Positions 49,439-59,056 of a stretch of 64,000 nucleotides of DNA are shown piece after piece. Made by a program: the position numbers and the translations under genes. The notes beneath the pieces were generated by a model, which was not told where the DNA came from, did not search any database, and was given only the letters and a program-made list of their open reading frames with translations. Origin of the DNA: Candidatus Latescibacterota bacterium (lineage in GTDB: Bacteria; Latescibacterota; UBA2968; GCA-2709665); NCBI GenBank assembly GCA_963667175.2, contig CAXXXF010000015.1:160001-224000 (forward strand). The letters are read 5' to 3'. Position 1 is the stretch's first letter. The number at the start of each line of letters is the position of its first letter.

Positions 49439-50443
49439 TCAATCCCCACGGCCGCGACCGACCGCCCCGCCGGAATAAATCACCTCCATCAATCGATCCC
49501 GTTCATCCAGCCGAACGCGCAGGGTGAACGCCCGCCTGTTCAGAAATTGCGGGTTATGGTCCAGCGCCATGCCCAGGACCAGCGAACCCAGCCACCCAAG
49601 GGCGTCTGCCCGGACTCCAAACCGTAGATCGTGGATCAGGAACGTCCGAGCGCTTTCGTCCGACTCGATCACTGCCGGGAAGCGGGCGAACCAGCGATAG
49701 ATCCGCCCGTCCCGCCGTTCCCACAGGCGTTCCAGACGGGGTTCTTCAAGCGCCGATCGGTACGACTTCGGCGACCCGGCAACCCCTGAAAACAGAGATA
49801 CGGGCGCCTCGTGCCATTTCCCTTTGCCGGACGCGATTCCACGCCGGTGCAAAGGAGAAAAGGGCACTGGAACCGCCGCCACCGCCGTCAGACCCTTTTC
49901 GGTCGCCCAGCGGTCCATATGATGGAAGGTGATACCCGATACGGTGATATTGAATGCCATGTAGACGACGAGCGCCGCCGCGCCCAGACGGTACCCATCC
50001 GGCCGCCGTACCTTCCACCCGAGAACCAGGCCGCCGATCAGAATCAGATCCAGGTACGGGTCGATAACAAACAGCACGTCGAACAACGCCCGGTACCTGG
50101 AAAAAGGCATAAGGACCATGGTCCCGTATGAGGTTACCAGGTCGAACAGTATATGCAGCAACAGACCGGTAAGAGCGACAGCATACAGCTTTGTGAACGG
50201 GACGTCCTTGAGTATGAAACGCCGCACGACCCACGCCACGGCGACCGCGCCGATTGCGGCGCCGAACAGCGAATGCGTCATCCCCCGATGCGTCTGCAGG
50301 CTGTCGAGCGCGTCGCTGGAAAGGAATACATCCACGTCCGGCAATATACTGGTCACGGTCACCAGATTCACAAGTCCCCGTTCCCGGGGCCAGACGGATC
50401 GCGCGACGAGGCGGCCAACCAGGCCATGTGTGGGGGTGTCCAT
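49439..50443 (-). CDS. YdjM-like inner-membrane metal-dependent hydrolase
   Basis: MDTPTHG, LPDVD, HRGMTHSL, HILFDLVTSYGT, FVIDP. Confidence 0.85.
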   Translation of the reverse strand: MDTPTHGLVGRLVARSVWPRERGLVNLVTVTSILPDVDVFLSSDALDSLQTHRGMTHSLFGAAIGAVAVAWVVRRFILKDVPFTKLYAVALTGLLLHILFDLVTSYGTMVLMPFSRYRALFDVLFVIDPYLDLILIGGLVLGWKVRRPDGYRLGAAALVVYMAFNITVSGITFHHMDRWATEKGLTAVAAVPVPFSPLHRRGIASGKGKWHEAPVSLFSGVAGSPKSYRSALEEPRLERLWERRDGRIYRWFARFPAVIESDESARTFLIHDLRFGVRADALGWLGSLVLGMALDHNPQFLNRRAFTLRVRLDERDRLMEVIYSGGAVGRGRGD

Positions 50444-50726
50444 TGCGTTCACCTCATTACGGGAAACGAAAACGCGCGCCAACATTCTCCCGTTCCGGCT
50501 TTGCCCGTGCGGCGATTTCGGAAACGGTCGTCTGACGCCGGAGAACCACAACTATCGCATGAATGGCCGCACACACGGAATATACCCAATGACCGGGCTG
50601 AATCAACCCCGCGCAATCGATGCTTGACAGCGTGCGTCCCGTCGATTGAACATAGTTGCGGATTCCGGGCCAGAACGTTAATTCGCCGTTCTTTTCGTGA
50701 GGAATCAACGGTGGGAGGCTGACAGG

Positions 50727-51458
50727 ATGTCCAGACTCGAAGGCAAGGTCGCCCTGATAACCGGCGGAAATCAGGGCATCGGAAAGGGAATCGCGCGCGC
50801 GCTGGCCAGAGAGGGCGCGAACGTCGTGCTGACCGCCAGAACGGGCGGGAAGCTTGAATCGGCGGCGGCGGAGATCCGGGCGGAAGGCGTGGAGGCGCTG
50901 GTCGCGCCCGCGGACGTCACCGACGAATCCCAGGTGGAGGCCGTGTTCGCGCAAACGATGGAACGGTTCGGAAGGCTGGACGTGCTGGTGAACAACGCGG
51001 CTGCTTTTGACGGCGGAAGAATCGACGAGCTTTCCGCGTCGTCCTGGGACTGGGCAATGGCGGTGAATCTGCGCGGACCCTTCCTGTGCACACGGGCGGC
51101 GTTCCGCATTATGAAAAAACAGGGCGGAGGTCGGATAATCAATATAGGCAGCATTTCCGCGCAACGGGTCCGCCCGAATTCGGCGCCTTACAGCACGAGC
51201 AAGTTCGGCATCACCGGCCTGACGCATGCCACGGCGCTGGACGGCAGGGACTACGGGATCGTCTGCTCCTGCCTGCACCCCGGCAACACGCTGGTGGAAC
51301 GACGCGAGGAATCCGACGCGCCAACGGACGACGAACCGATGATGACGGTGGATGAACTGGCGCAGGCCGCGCTGACCATGGCGACGCTGCCGCTTCACGT
51401 CAACATGCTGGAGGCGATCGTGTTGCCCGTCGGACAGCTGTACGTTGGCAGAGGTTGA
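50727..51458 (+). CDS. SDR family oxidoreductase
   Basis: TGGNQGIG, VNNA, YSTSK. Confidence 0.9.
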   Translation: MSRLEGKVALITGGNQGIGKGIARALAREGANVVLTARTGGKLESAAAEIRAEGVEALVAPADVTDESQVEAVFAQTMERFGRLDVLVNNAAAFDGGRIDELSASSWDWAMAVNLRGPFLCTRAAFRIMKKQGGGRIINIGSISAQRVRPNSAPYSTSKFGITGLTHATALDGRDYGIVCSCLHPGNTLVERREESDAPTDDEPMMTVDELAQAALTMATLPLHVNMLEAIVLPVGQLYVGRG

Positions 51459-51561
51459 ATGGGCAACGTATTTCCGGGTTGGCAAAACAGGCATTTCCTC
51501 CGGCCTTCCGGTTCTAATCCTGTTCATTCTGTTCATCCATCTAATCCTGATCGGATTTAAC

Positions 51562-51590
51562 TTGACACTCTCGATATGATTGTTTAACGT
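51562..51590 (+). promoter_or_regulatory. sigma70 promoter of the aromatic supraoperon
   Basis: TTGACA-N17-TAACGT. Confidence 0.6.
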
Positions 51591-51655
51591 TAGACCGTTC
51601 CTGTTGGAAAGGCGGGTTGCCGCAACCCGGCGCGAGACCGGCAGGACGCTGGATC

Positions 51656-51778
51656 ATGCGAGGATCGAACGTGACGGATCGTGGCCGGAACAGGCTTGCC
51701 TGGCGTGGGTATTTTTATCGCTCCTACCGGTGGTACTACCGGGAGGCCGCGGAACGTCATATCTGCCCACGCGAGTAA
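51656..51778 (+). CDS. Leader peptide rich in Trp/Tyr/Phe codons (40 aa; 35 aa if GTG 51671 is the start)
   Basis: MRGSNVTDRGRNRLAWRGYFYRSYRWYYREAAERHICPRE*; 8 of 13 consecutive codons aromatic; too short for the ORF track. Confidence 0.8.
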   Translation: MRGSNVTDRGRNRLAWRGYFYRSYRWYYREAAERHICPRE

Positions 51779-51801
51779 ACCGTTGACAAGTCCGGAAATC
51801 T

Positions 51802-51831
51802 GGCCGTGGGCATCTGCTCACGGTTTTTTTT
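51802..51831 (+). terminator. Attenuator terminator (segments 3:4)
   Basis: CCGTGGGC-atct-GCTCACGG followed by T8, ~100 nt before trpE. Confidence 0.85.
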
Positions 51832-51928
51832 GTCCCGTACGGGATGGGGACATCTGACCGTTCGCTGTCCGGCAAAACACGACGTGGCTATCAGGTTCAC
51901 GAATTCTGATGGCAGGCAGGTGAACTTT

Positions 51929-53410
51929 GTGAGTACGCCCGACCTGGAAACGCTGAAGACGCTGGCTGAAGGCCGGGGACTGGTTCCAATATCCCGAGAG
52001 ATCCTCGGGGATACGGAAACGCCGGTGTCCGCCTATCTCAAGCTGCGGCCCGGGAGTCCCTACAGCTTTCTCTTCGAAAGCGTGGAAGGAGGAGAGAAGA
52101 TCGGGCGCTATTCGTTCCTGGGTGTGGCGCCTTTTCTCGCGTTCAGGTCGTGGAAATCCCGGATCGAGGTGGAGGATCTGAAGCGAGGCGGCATTCGCAG
52201 ATTCGAGGGTTCGCCCATTGCCGAGCTCAGGCTTTTGCTGAAGCAATATCGTTCAGCGCACCTGGAGGGTCTGCCCAGGTTCACCGGCGGGGCCGTGGGA
52301 TACGTGGGCTACGATGCGGTCCGGCTGATTGAAGATATCCCCGACCGAACGGATGACGACCACGGTCTTCCCGACGTTGCGCTGCTGTTCTACGATACGC
52401 TTCTTTGCTTCGACAACGCGCGGCAGAAGATTCATCTGATTTCCAACGTGCACACCTCCGGCGATATCGAGAACAACTTTCGTGAGGCGGAGGCGAGGAT
52501 CGATTCGCTGGAAGGGGCCTTGCGCGCGGCGATTCCCGCGAACGGTGTTTCCCGGGAATCGCCGCGCCGCAAAGCGCGCGAGATCCGGTCCAACACGGAG
52601 AGATCGGTCTTTCTGGACAAGGTGCGGCGCTGCAGGGAGTATATCGTGGCGGGCGATATCTTTCAGGTCGTACTTTCCCAGCGCTTCGAGACGGAGGTAT
52701 CCGCCGGCTCGCTGGACATTTACCGGGCGCTTCGGACGGTAAATCCGTCGCCATACATGTTCCATCTGGATCTGAAAGACGCGCAACTCGTCGGGGCATC
52801 GCCCGAACTGCTGGTGCGTGTCGAAAACGGCGTCGTGCAGGTGCGACCGATCGCGGGTACGCGCTGGAGGGGCGCCACGGAAGAGGAGGACGCCGCCCTG
52901 GAAGCGGACTTGCTGGCCGACGAAAAGGAACGCGCGGAGCACATCATGCTCCTCGATCTCGGCCGGAACGACGTGGGGCGGGTATCCCGATACGACACGG
53001 TACGGGTCACGGAACAGATGGCGATTGAGCGGTATTCTCACGTCATGCATATTGTTTCGAACGTTCAGGGGCATCTCAAAGACGGCGTGGATGCGCTGGA
53101 CGCGCTCTATGCGTGTTACCCGGCGGGCACGGTTTCCGGCGCGCCCAAGATCCGCGCGATGGAGATCATCGACGAACTGGAGCCGACTCGCCGAGGACCT
53201 TACTCGGGGGCAGTGGGCTATATTGACTTTTCCGGCAATATGGATACGTGCATTGCCATACGCACGATGGTGCTGCAGGGACGGAAGGCGTACGTCCAGG
53301 CGGGCGGGGGCATCGTGTTCGATTCCGTACCGGAATACGAGCACCAGGAAACGCTAAACAAGGCGAAGGCGCTGTTCAAGGCGGTCGAGTTGGCGGAAGG
53401 CGCGTTGTAG
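51929..53410 (+). CDS. trpE: Anthranilate synthase component I
   Basis: LFESVEGGEKIGRYSF, NPSPYM, RPIAGT, KERAEHIML, PAGTVSGAPK; start GTG 51920 or 51929. Confidence 0.93.
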   Translation: MSTPDLETLKTLAEGRGLVPISREILGDTETPVSAYLKLRPGSPYSFLFESVEGGEKIGRYSFLGVAPFLAFRSWKSRIEVEDLKRGGIRRFEGSPIAELRLLLKQYRSAHLEGLPRFTGGAVGYVGYDAVRLIEDIPDRTDDDHGLPDVALLFYDTLLCFDNARQKIHLISNVHTSGDIENNFREAEARIDSLEGALRAAIPANGVSRESPRRKAREIRSNTERSVFLDKVRRCREYIVAGDIFQVVLSQRFETEVSAGSLDIYRALRTVNPSPYMFHLDLKDAQLVGASPELLVRVENGVVQVRPIAGTRWRGATEEEDAALEADLLADEKERAEHIMLLDLGRNDVGRVSRYDTVRVTEQMAIERYSHVMHIVSNVQGHLKDGVDALDALYACYPAGTVSGAPKIRAMEIIDELEPTRRGPYSGAVGYIDFSGNMDTCIAIRTMVLQGRKAYVQAGGGIVFDSVPEYEHQETLNKAKALFKAVELAEGAL

Positions 53411-53459
53411 CGGCAACCGTGGATGACGCGATTCCTCAGCAGTCACGATTGGTTGGCCT

Positions 53460-54023
53460 ATGATTCTGGTAATCGACAATTACGACTCGTTCACGTACAA
53501 TCTGGTTCAGTACCTGGGTGAGTTGGGCGCGCGGATGGAAGTATTCCGGAACGACCGGATTGCAATGGACCGGATTGACGCGTCCCAGCCCGAGAAGGTG
53601 GTGATTTCACCCGGTCCTTGTACGCCGAACGAGGCGGGAATCTCCGTGGACCTGATCCGGCGTTTTAGCGGGCGGATTCCGATGCTGGGGGTCTGTCTCG
53701 GACATCAGTGCATCGGGCAGGCCTTCGGAGGCAAGGTCGTTCGGGCGCCTGCGATTCTTCATGGAAAGGTGTCCGAAATCCATCACGACGGTCGTTCGAT
53801 TTTCAGGGGGTTGTCACAGCCCTTTATTGCGACGCGATACCATTCGCTGATTGTCGAACGGGAGAGCCTTCCGGACTGCCTCGAGGTATCCGCACAGACT
53901 CACGACGGTATCATCATGGGACTGCGGCACAGGGACTACCCTGTTGAAGGCGTGCAGTTTCATCCGGAGTCGATATTAACGGCCGAAGGCAAAGTACTGT
54001 TGAAGAATTTCCTGGATGGATGA
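53460..54023 (+). CDS. trpG: Anthranilate synthase component II (glutamine amidotransferase)
   Basis: [29 protein letters not shown]. Confidence 0.93.
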   Translation: MILVIDNYDSFTYNLVQYLGELGARMEVFRNDRIAMDRIDASQPEKVVISPGPCTPNEAGISVDLIRRFSGRIPMLGVCLGHQCIGQAFGGKVVRAPAILHGKVSEIHHDGRSIFRGLSQPFIATRYHSLIVERESLPDCLEVSAQTHDGIIMGLRHRDYPVEGVQFHPESILTAEGKVLLKNFLDG

Positions 54024-54077
54024 AATCGGGGACAGGGAACCGGGTTCCGGCCCCCGTTTGCAAGTTGGGAGACGGCT

Positions 54078-55091
54078 ATGTCGATACAGGATGCGATTTC
54101 GAGACTGATTGAGGGGCAGGATCTGACCCGTGACCGGACGATCGGTTCGATGAACCAGATCATGTCCGGTGAGGCGACAGACGCGCAGATCGGCGCCTAT
54201 CTGGTGGCCCTGCGAGTGAAGGGCGAGACCGTCGAAGAGATCGCGGGCGCCGCGGAGGTGATGAGGGAAAAGGCGACGCGCGTCGTCACGCGGCACGCGA
54301 CGGTGGTGGATACGTGCGGTACCGGGGGTGACGGGGCGGGAACGTTCAATATATCGACGGCGGCGGCTTTTGTGGCGGCCGGCGCCGGGCTGTGTGTTGC
54401 CAAACATGGAAACCGCGCCGCGAGCAGCCTGTGCGGCAGTGCCGACGTCCTGAATGAACTGGGGGTGAATATCGAAGCGTCGCCGAAGACGATGGGTCGG
54501 TGTCTGGATGAGGTTGGCATCGGATTCCTGTTTGCGCCCGCTCTGCACGGCGCCATGAAGTTCGCAATCGGTCCCAGACGCGAGGTCGGCGTGCGTACGA
54601 TTTTCAACGCTCTGGGGCCGCTGACGAATCCCGCGGGCGCAACCCGGCACCTGATCGGCGTCTACAGTCGACCGCTGACCGGCAGGCTTGCCGAGGTGTT
54701 ACGCACGTTGAAATCGGAACGCGCGTTTGTTGTGCACGGGTTGGACGGGCTGGATGAAATCACCACGACCGGACCGACGCAGGTGAGCGAGCTGAACGAT
54801 GGCGCCGTGACATCGTACGAGATCCGACCTGAGGATCTTGGCATCCAAAGGTCGACGCCCGGTGATCTGGCGGGGGGCAACGCCGAAACCAATGCGTCGA
54901 TCCTGCGCAGGGTGCTCAATGGTGAGCCCGGTCCGCGGCGGGACGTCGTCGTTTTGAACGCGGCAGCCGCCATCGTAGCCGGTGGCGCCGCGGTCGATCT
55001 GCAGGCGGGTATTGAACTTGCCGGCGAGACGGTGGATTCGGGGCGGGCAATGGATAAGCTGGAAGAACTGAAACGGGTTTCGGCCGGATGA
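54078..55091 (+). CDS. trpD: Anthranilate phosphoribosyltransferase
   Basis: DTCGTGGDG, NIST, KHGNR, GLDE. Confidence 0.95.
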   Translation: MSIQDAISRLIEGQDLTRDRTIGSMNQIMSGEATDAQIGAYLVALRVKGETVEEIAGAAEVMREKATRVVTRHATVVDTCGTGGDGAGTFNISTAAAFVAAGAGLCVAKHGNRAASSLCGSADVLNELGVNIEASPKTMGRCLDEVGIGFLFAPALHGAMKFAIGPRREVGVRTIFNALGPLTNPAGATRHLIGVYSRPLTGRLAEVLRTLKSERAFVVHGLDGLDEITTTGPTQVSELNDGAVTSYEIRPEDLGIQRSTPGDLAGGNAETNASILRRVLNGEPGPRRDVVVLNAAAAIVAGGAAVDLQAGIELAGETVDSGRAMDKLEELKRVSAG

Positions 55092-55184
55092 AGCCGGCGC
55101 CGAACCTTTACGATATCCTCGCCCTCGATTTACGCCAGGGACGGGACTGGCGCCTGTTGGCGCGCGGAAACGAAGAAGGGGAAC

Positions 55185-55976
55185 ATGGCTACGATTCTGG
55201 ATGAGATCATCGCATATAAACGCCGCGTTGTGGCCGAGGCAAAGCGGCAGGTATCCCCTGAGGCGTTGCGGAAGCAGGCAGACCTGGTTCGTCAGCCGGA
55301 CTCGCTGATGGACAGCTTGACTGCCGGGGAGGATATCGCGCTGATTGCGGAGATAAAAAAGGCATCTCCGTCCAAAGGGATAATCAGGGAGAGTTTCGAT
55401 CCTGTTGAAATCGGCCGGTCTTACGAGAAAAACGGCGCGGCGGCCATTTCCGTGCTGACGGATGTAAAGTATTTCCGGGGCTCCGATGCCAGTCTGAAGG
55501 CCGTGAGCGAGGCCGTGGAATTGCCGGTGCTCCGGAAGGATTTCGTGGTTGATCCGTATCAGATCCACGAGGCCAGGACAATCGGCGCGTCCGCGGTTTT
55601 GCTCATTGTTTCAGCGCTTTCCCCGCGCAAATTGTCAGAGATGCTCAGCGTTTGCAGGGAGTCGCAACTGGACGCCCTGGTGGAAGTGCACACTCCGGAT
55701 GAAGCGAGGATGGCGCTGGACGCGGGCGCGGATCTCGTGGGGGTGAATAACCGCGACTTGAAGACGTTTGCTACGGATTTGCAGACCACGTTCGATCTGC
55801 TTGAACATCTGCCGGACGATCTTGTCGTTGTAAGCGAGAGCGGCATCAGGAACAGAGACCACGTCGTCCGGTTGAGGGATGGCGGTGTGGACGCGGTACT
55901 GGTCGGGGAACATCTGATGCGCCAACCCGACGTGGGTCGGGAGCTTCGAGCGTTGTTGGGCGTGGAAGGCGGCTGA
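55185..55976 (+). CDS. trpC: Indole-3-glycerol phosphate synthase
   Basis: IAEIKKASPSKG, LRKDF, GVNNRDL, SESGI. Confidence 0.95.
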   Translation: MATILDEIIAYKRRVVAEAKRQVSPEALRKQADLVRQPDSLMDSLTAGEDIALIAEIKKASPSKGIIRESFDPVEIGRSYEKNGAAAISVLTDVKYFRGSDASLKAVSEAVELPVLRKDFVVDPYQIHEARTIGASAVLLIVSALSPRKLSEMLSVCRESQLDALVEVHTPDEARMALDAGADLVGVNNRDLKTFATDLQTTFDLLEHLPDDLVVVSESGIRNRDHVVRLRDGGVDAVLVGEHLMRQPDVGRELRALLGVEGG

Positions 55977-55984
55977 TTCAACCT

Positions 55985-56617
55985 ATGGTTCGGGTGAAGA
56001 TTTGCGGAATTACGAATCCGGAGGATGCGCTCTTTGCGGTCGCACAGGGTGTGGACGCCCTGGGGTTCATCTTCTACGAGCGCAGCCCGCGTTACGTGCA
56101 TCCGGAACGCGTCGGCAGGATCGTGTCGGCGTTGCCGCCCTTCGTGACGCCCGTAGGGGTTTTCGTGAACACGGCCAGGGAGGACGTCCTGGCGATCGCA
56201 CGGTTGACAGGGCTGCGAGCGGTCCAACTGCACGGCGACGAGACGCCCGCCGAATGTCTTGGATATCCGATTCCGGTCATCCGGGCATTGCGGGTCGGCG
56301 ACGGTTTCGACCCCGCTTCTCTGAGCGACTTTCCGGTAGACACGTTTCTGCTGGATACGGCCAAAAAGGGATGGTACGGCGGCACCGGAGAGTCTTTTGA
56401 CTGGCGGGTCGCATCGGCGGCCGCGGCACACGGACGGATCATTCTCTCGGGGGGAATCAATCCGTCGAACGTGGCAGACGCGGTGCGGACGGTGAATCCG
56501 TACGCGGTGGACTGCGGCAGCGGCGTCGAGGCCGCGCCGGGACGGAAGGACCCCGACAGAATCGCGGAATTCTTCGAAGCGCTTCGCTCGGTAACCCGAG
56601 GAAACCGGAATTCCTGA
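55985..56617 (+). CDS. trpF: Phosphoribosylanthranilate isomerase
   Basis: VKICGIT, QLHGDE, GGTG..FDW, SGVE. Confidence 0.95.
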   Translation: MVRVKICGITNPEDALFAVAQGVDALGFIFYERSPRYVHPERVGRIVSALPPFVTPVGVFVNTAREDVLAIARLTGLRAVQLHGDETPAECLGYPIPVIRALRVGDGFDPASLSDFPVDTFLLDTAKKGWYGGTGESFDWRVASAAAAHGRIILSGGINPSNVADAVRTVNPYAVDCGSGVEAAPGRKDPDRIAEFFEALRSVTRGNRNS

Positions 56618-56651
56618 ACCCATCGTTCGAATTGAATCGGAGCCTGAACCC

Positions 56652-57914
56652 GTGGACGTCATGAAGGATCTGGATTTTCGGGGATACGTCTTTCAGGTAA
56701 CGGACCCCGGCGGCCTTGAAACGCGACTCGACCGGGGGCCGATCACGCTATACTCGGGATTCGACCCCACGGCAGAGAGCTTGCACGTCGGCAACCTGAT
56801 TCCCATACTGGGACTGCGGCGGTTTCAATTGGCGGGGCATCATGCAATCGGGCTTATCGGCGGTGGCACGGGTTTGATTGGCGACCCGAGCGGCAGCAAG
56901 GAAGAACGCCCGTTGAACCCGCCCGAGCTGATCGCGGAATATACCCGGAAGCTCACGGAGCAACTGGCCAGATTCCTGGATTTCGAATCGGGAACCAATC
57001 CCGCCCGCGTGGTCAGCAATCTGGGCTGGCTTTCCAAATTGAAGGCGATTGACTTCCTGAGAGACACGGGCAAGCACTTCTCCGTGGGCTATATGCTGGC
57101 GAAAGAGTCCGTGGCATCGCGGCTGGAGTCCGGGATCTCTTTCACCGAGTTCAGTTACATGGTCATTCAGGCCTATGATTTCATGGAGTTGTTTCGGACA
57201 CATGGGTGTGAACTCCAGATCGGCGGAAGCGATCAATGGGGAAATATAACAGCGGGAATCGAGTTGATCCGACGGCGGCTGGGAGGGCAGGCCCACGGCC
57301 TGACGTTTCCGCTGCTGCAGAAAGCCGACGGCGCCAAGTTCGGCAAGACCGCGTCGGGCGCCGTCTGGCTGGACGCGGAAAAGACGTCGCCGTACCAGCT
57401 GTACCAGCACATGATAAATACAGGCGACCGGGACGTGGTGACGTTTCTCAAGCTGTTTACCTTTCTATCCGAGGATGAGATCGGAAATCTGGAACTGGAG
57501 GTGTCACAACACCCTGAGAAGCGGGAAGCGCAGCGCGTGCTGGCCGAGGAGGTCACCACCCTCGTTCACGACAGCGCCGCCGCCGGGCGCGCGCACAGGA
57601 TTTCCGAGGCGTTGTTCTACGGTGATCTGCGCAATCTGAGTGCGAGAGAGATCGAGGAAGGGTTCAGCGACGTGCCGTCTCACGCGCTCAACGGCGTGGC
57701 AGAAGCGGGTCTGGTCAATCTTCTGGTGGATGCGGGCATTTCATCTTCGATGCGCCAGGCCCGCGAAGACGTCAGGTCCGGCGCCGTATATCTCAATGGA
57801 CTGCGTTGCGTCGACGTGGGCCGGACCCTGGACCCTGACGACAGGCTCGCAGGCAGATACCTTATCGTACGACGCGGCAAACGCCGCTACTTTCTGGTAC
57901 GCTGGAACCTTTGA
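56652..57914 (+). CDS. tyrS: Tyrosine--tRNA ligase
   Basis: GFDPTAESLHVGN, QIGGSDQWGNI, KFGKT, RRGKRRY; start may be ATG 56661. Confidence 0.95.
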   Translation: MDVMKDLDFRGYVFQVTDPGGLETRLDRGPITLYSGFDPTAESLHVGNLIPILGLRRFQLAGHHAIGLIGGGTGLIGDPSGSKEERPLNPPELIAEYTRKLTEQLARFLDFESGTNPARVVSNLGWLSKLKAIDFLRDTGKHFSVGYMLAKESVASRLESGISFTEFSYMVIQAYDFMELFRTHGCELQIGGSDQWGNITAGIELIRRRLGGQAHGLTFPLLQKADGAKFGKTASGAVWLDAEKTSPYQLYQHMINTGDRDVVTFLKLFTFLSEDEIGNLELEVSQHPEKREAQRVLAEEVTTLVHDSAAAGRAHRISEALFYGDLRNLSAREIEEGFSDVPSHALNGVAEAGLVNLLVDAGISSSMRQAREDVRSGAVYLNGLRCVDVGRTLDPDDRLAGRYLIVRRGKRRYFLVRWNL

Positions 57915-58010
57915 CGGGCGATCGTGCGACCGCTCTTGCGTATGGATGCAATGATCCGGTTTTGAATGTTCGAAGCTCGGCAGGAAAATCAAAAAGAGAG
58001 GATTCATTCG

Positions 58011-58988
58011 ATGAAAGCACCGTGGATAACCTACCGGCCGGAACTGAAAGTACTTGATTGTACGATTCGTGACGGCGGATTGATGAACGACCACCAGTTC
58101 TCCGATGATTTCGTGAAGGCGGTATATGAAACCTGCGTCAACGCGGGTGTCGATTATATGGAAATCGGTTACCGGAACTCCAAGGAGATGTTTCCCAAAG
58201 ACCAGTTCGGGGCTTTCCGACATAGCGACGAAGAAGACATCCGGAAGATTACCGGCGACCACGACCCGGAAACGACCGGCCTGAAGCTCGCCGTCATGGC
58301 GGACGCGGGCAAGAGTGACTGGGCGGAAGACGTCCTGCCGGCCAGCGACAGCGTCGTCAGTATGGTACGGGTCGCCTGTTACGTCGAGCAGATTCCCGAG
58401 ACCGTCGAAATGCTCTGCGACGCCCATGAGAAAGGATATGAAACCAGCTGCAACATAATGGCCGTCTCCACCGTGCAGGAGGTCGAGATCGACCAGGCGC
58501 TGGAAGTGCTTGTACAGACGCCCGTCGGAACGATCTGCGTCGTAGACAGTTTTGGCGCATTGTACCGCGAGCAGGTGGATATGCTGATCCGGAAGTACAT
58601 GGACGCCGTCAGCGGGACGGGGAAAGAAGTGGGCATTCACGCGCACAACAACCAGCAACTTGCATTTGCCAATACCATCGAAGCGCTCATTCTCGGCGCA
58701 AACCGCGTGGATGCCACGGTGGACGGCCTTGGAAGGGGCGCGGGGAACTGCCCCCTGGAACTGCTCCTCGGATTCCTCCGAAATCCCAAGTTCAAGATCC
58801 GTCCCGTCTACAAGCTGCTGGAAGACCATTTTGTCAAACTGCGCGGTGAATTGACGTGGGGCCCTCTCGTTCCGTATAATATCACGGGGCAGCACAATCA
58901 GCATCCCCGCTCGGCAATGGCGCTGCTGGACGGGAAGGACCGCGATCGCTACCTGGCATTCTACGATCAGGTGATGAGGGACATCTGA
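58011..58988 (+). CDS. DRE-TIM metallolyase, 4-hydroxy-2-oxovalerate aldolase-like
   Basis: LDCTIRDGG, VDSFG, GIHAHNN, GLGRGAGNCPLE. Confidence 0.8.
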   Translation: MKAPWITYRPELKVLDCTIRDGGLMNDHQFSDDFVKAVYETCVNAGVDYMEIGYRNSKEMFPKDQFGAFRHSDEEDIRKITGDHDPETTGLKLAVMADAGKSDWAEDVLPASDSVVSMVRVACYVEQIPETVEMLCDAHEKGYETSCNIMAVSTVQEVEIDQALEVLVQTPVGTICVVDSFGALYREQVDMLIRKYMDAVSGTGKEVGIHAHNNQQLAFANTIEALILGANRVDATVDGLGRGAGNCPLELLLGFLRNPKFKIRPVYKLLEDHFVKLRGELTWGPLVPYNITGQHNQHPRSAMALLDGKDRDRYLAFYDQVMRDI

Positions 58989-59056
58989 TCGGGCGACTCC
59001 CTGCCCCGGCGAGGGGCTGAATCCGCCCGGGGACCACACCTTTACAGGATAGGGAA

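Noticed and set aside
56618-56660. T-box leader before tyrS
   Set aside because: The spacer is only ~35-45 nt and has no T-box sequence.
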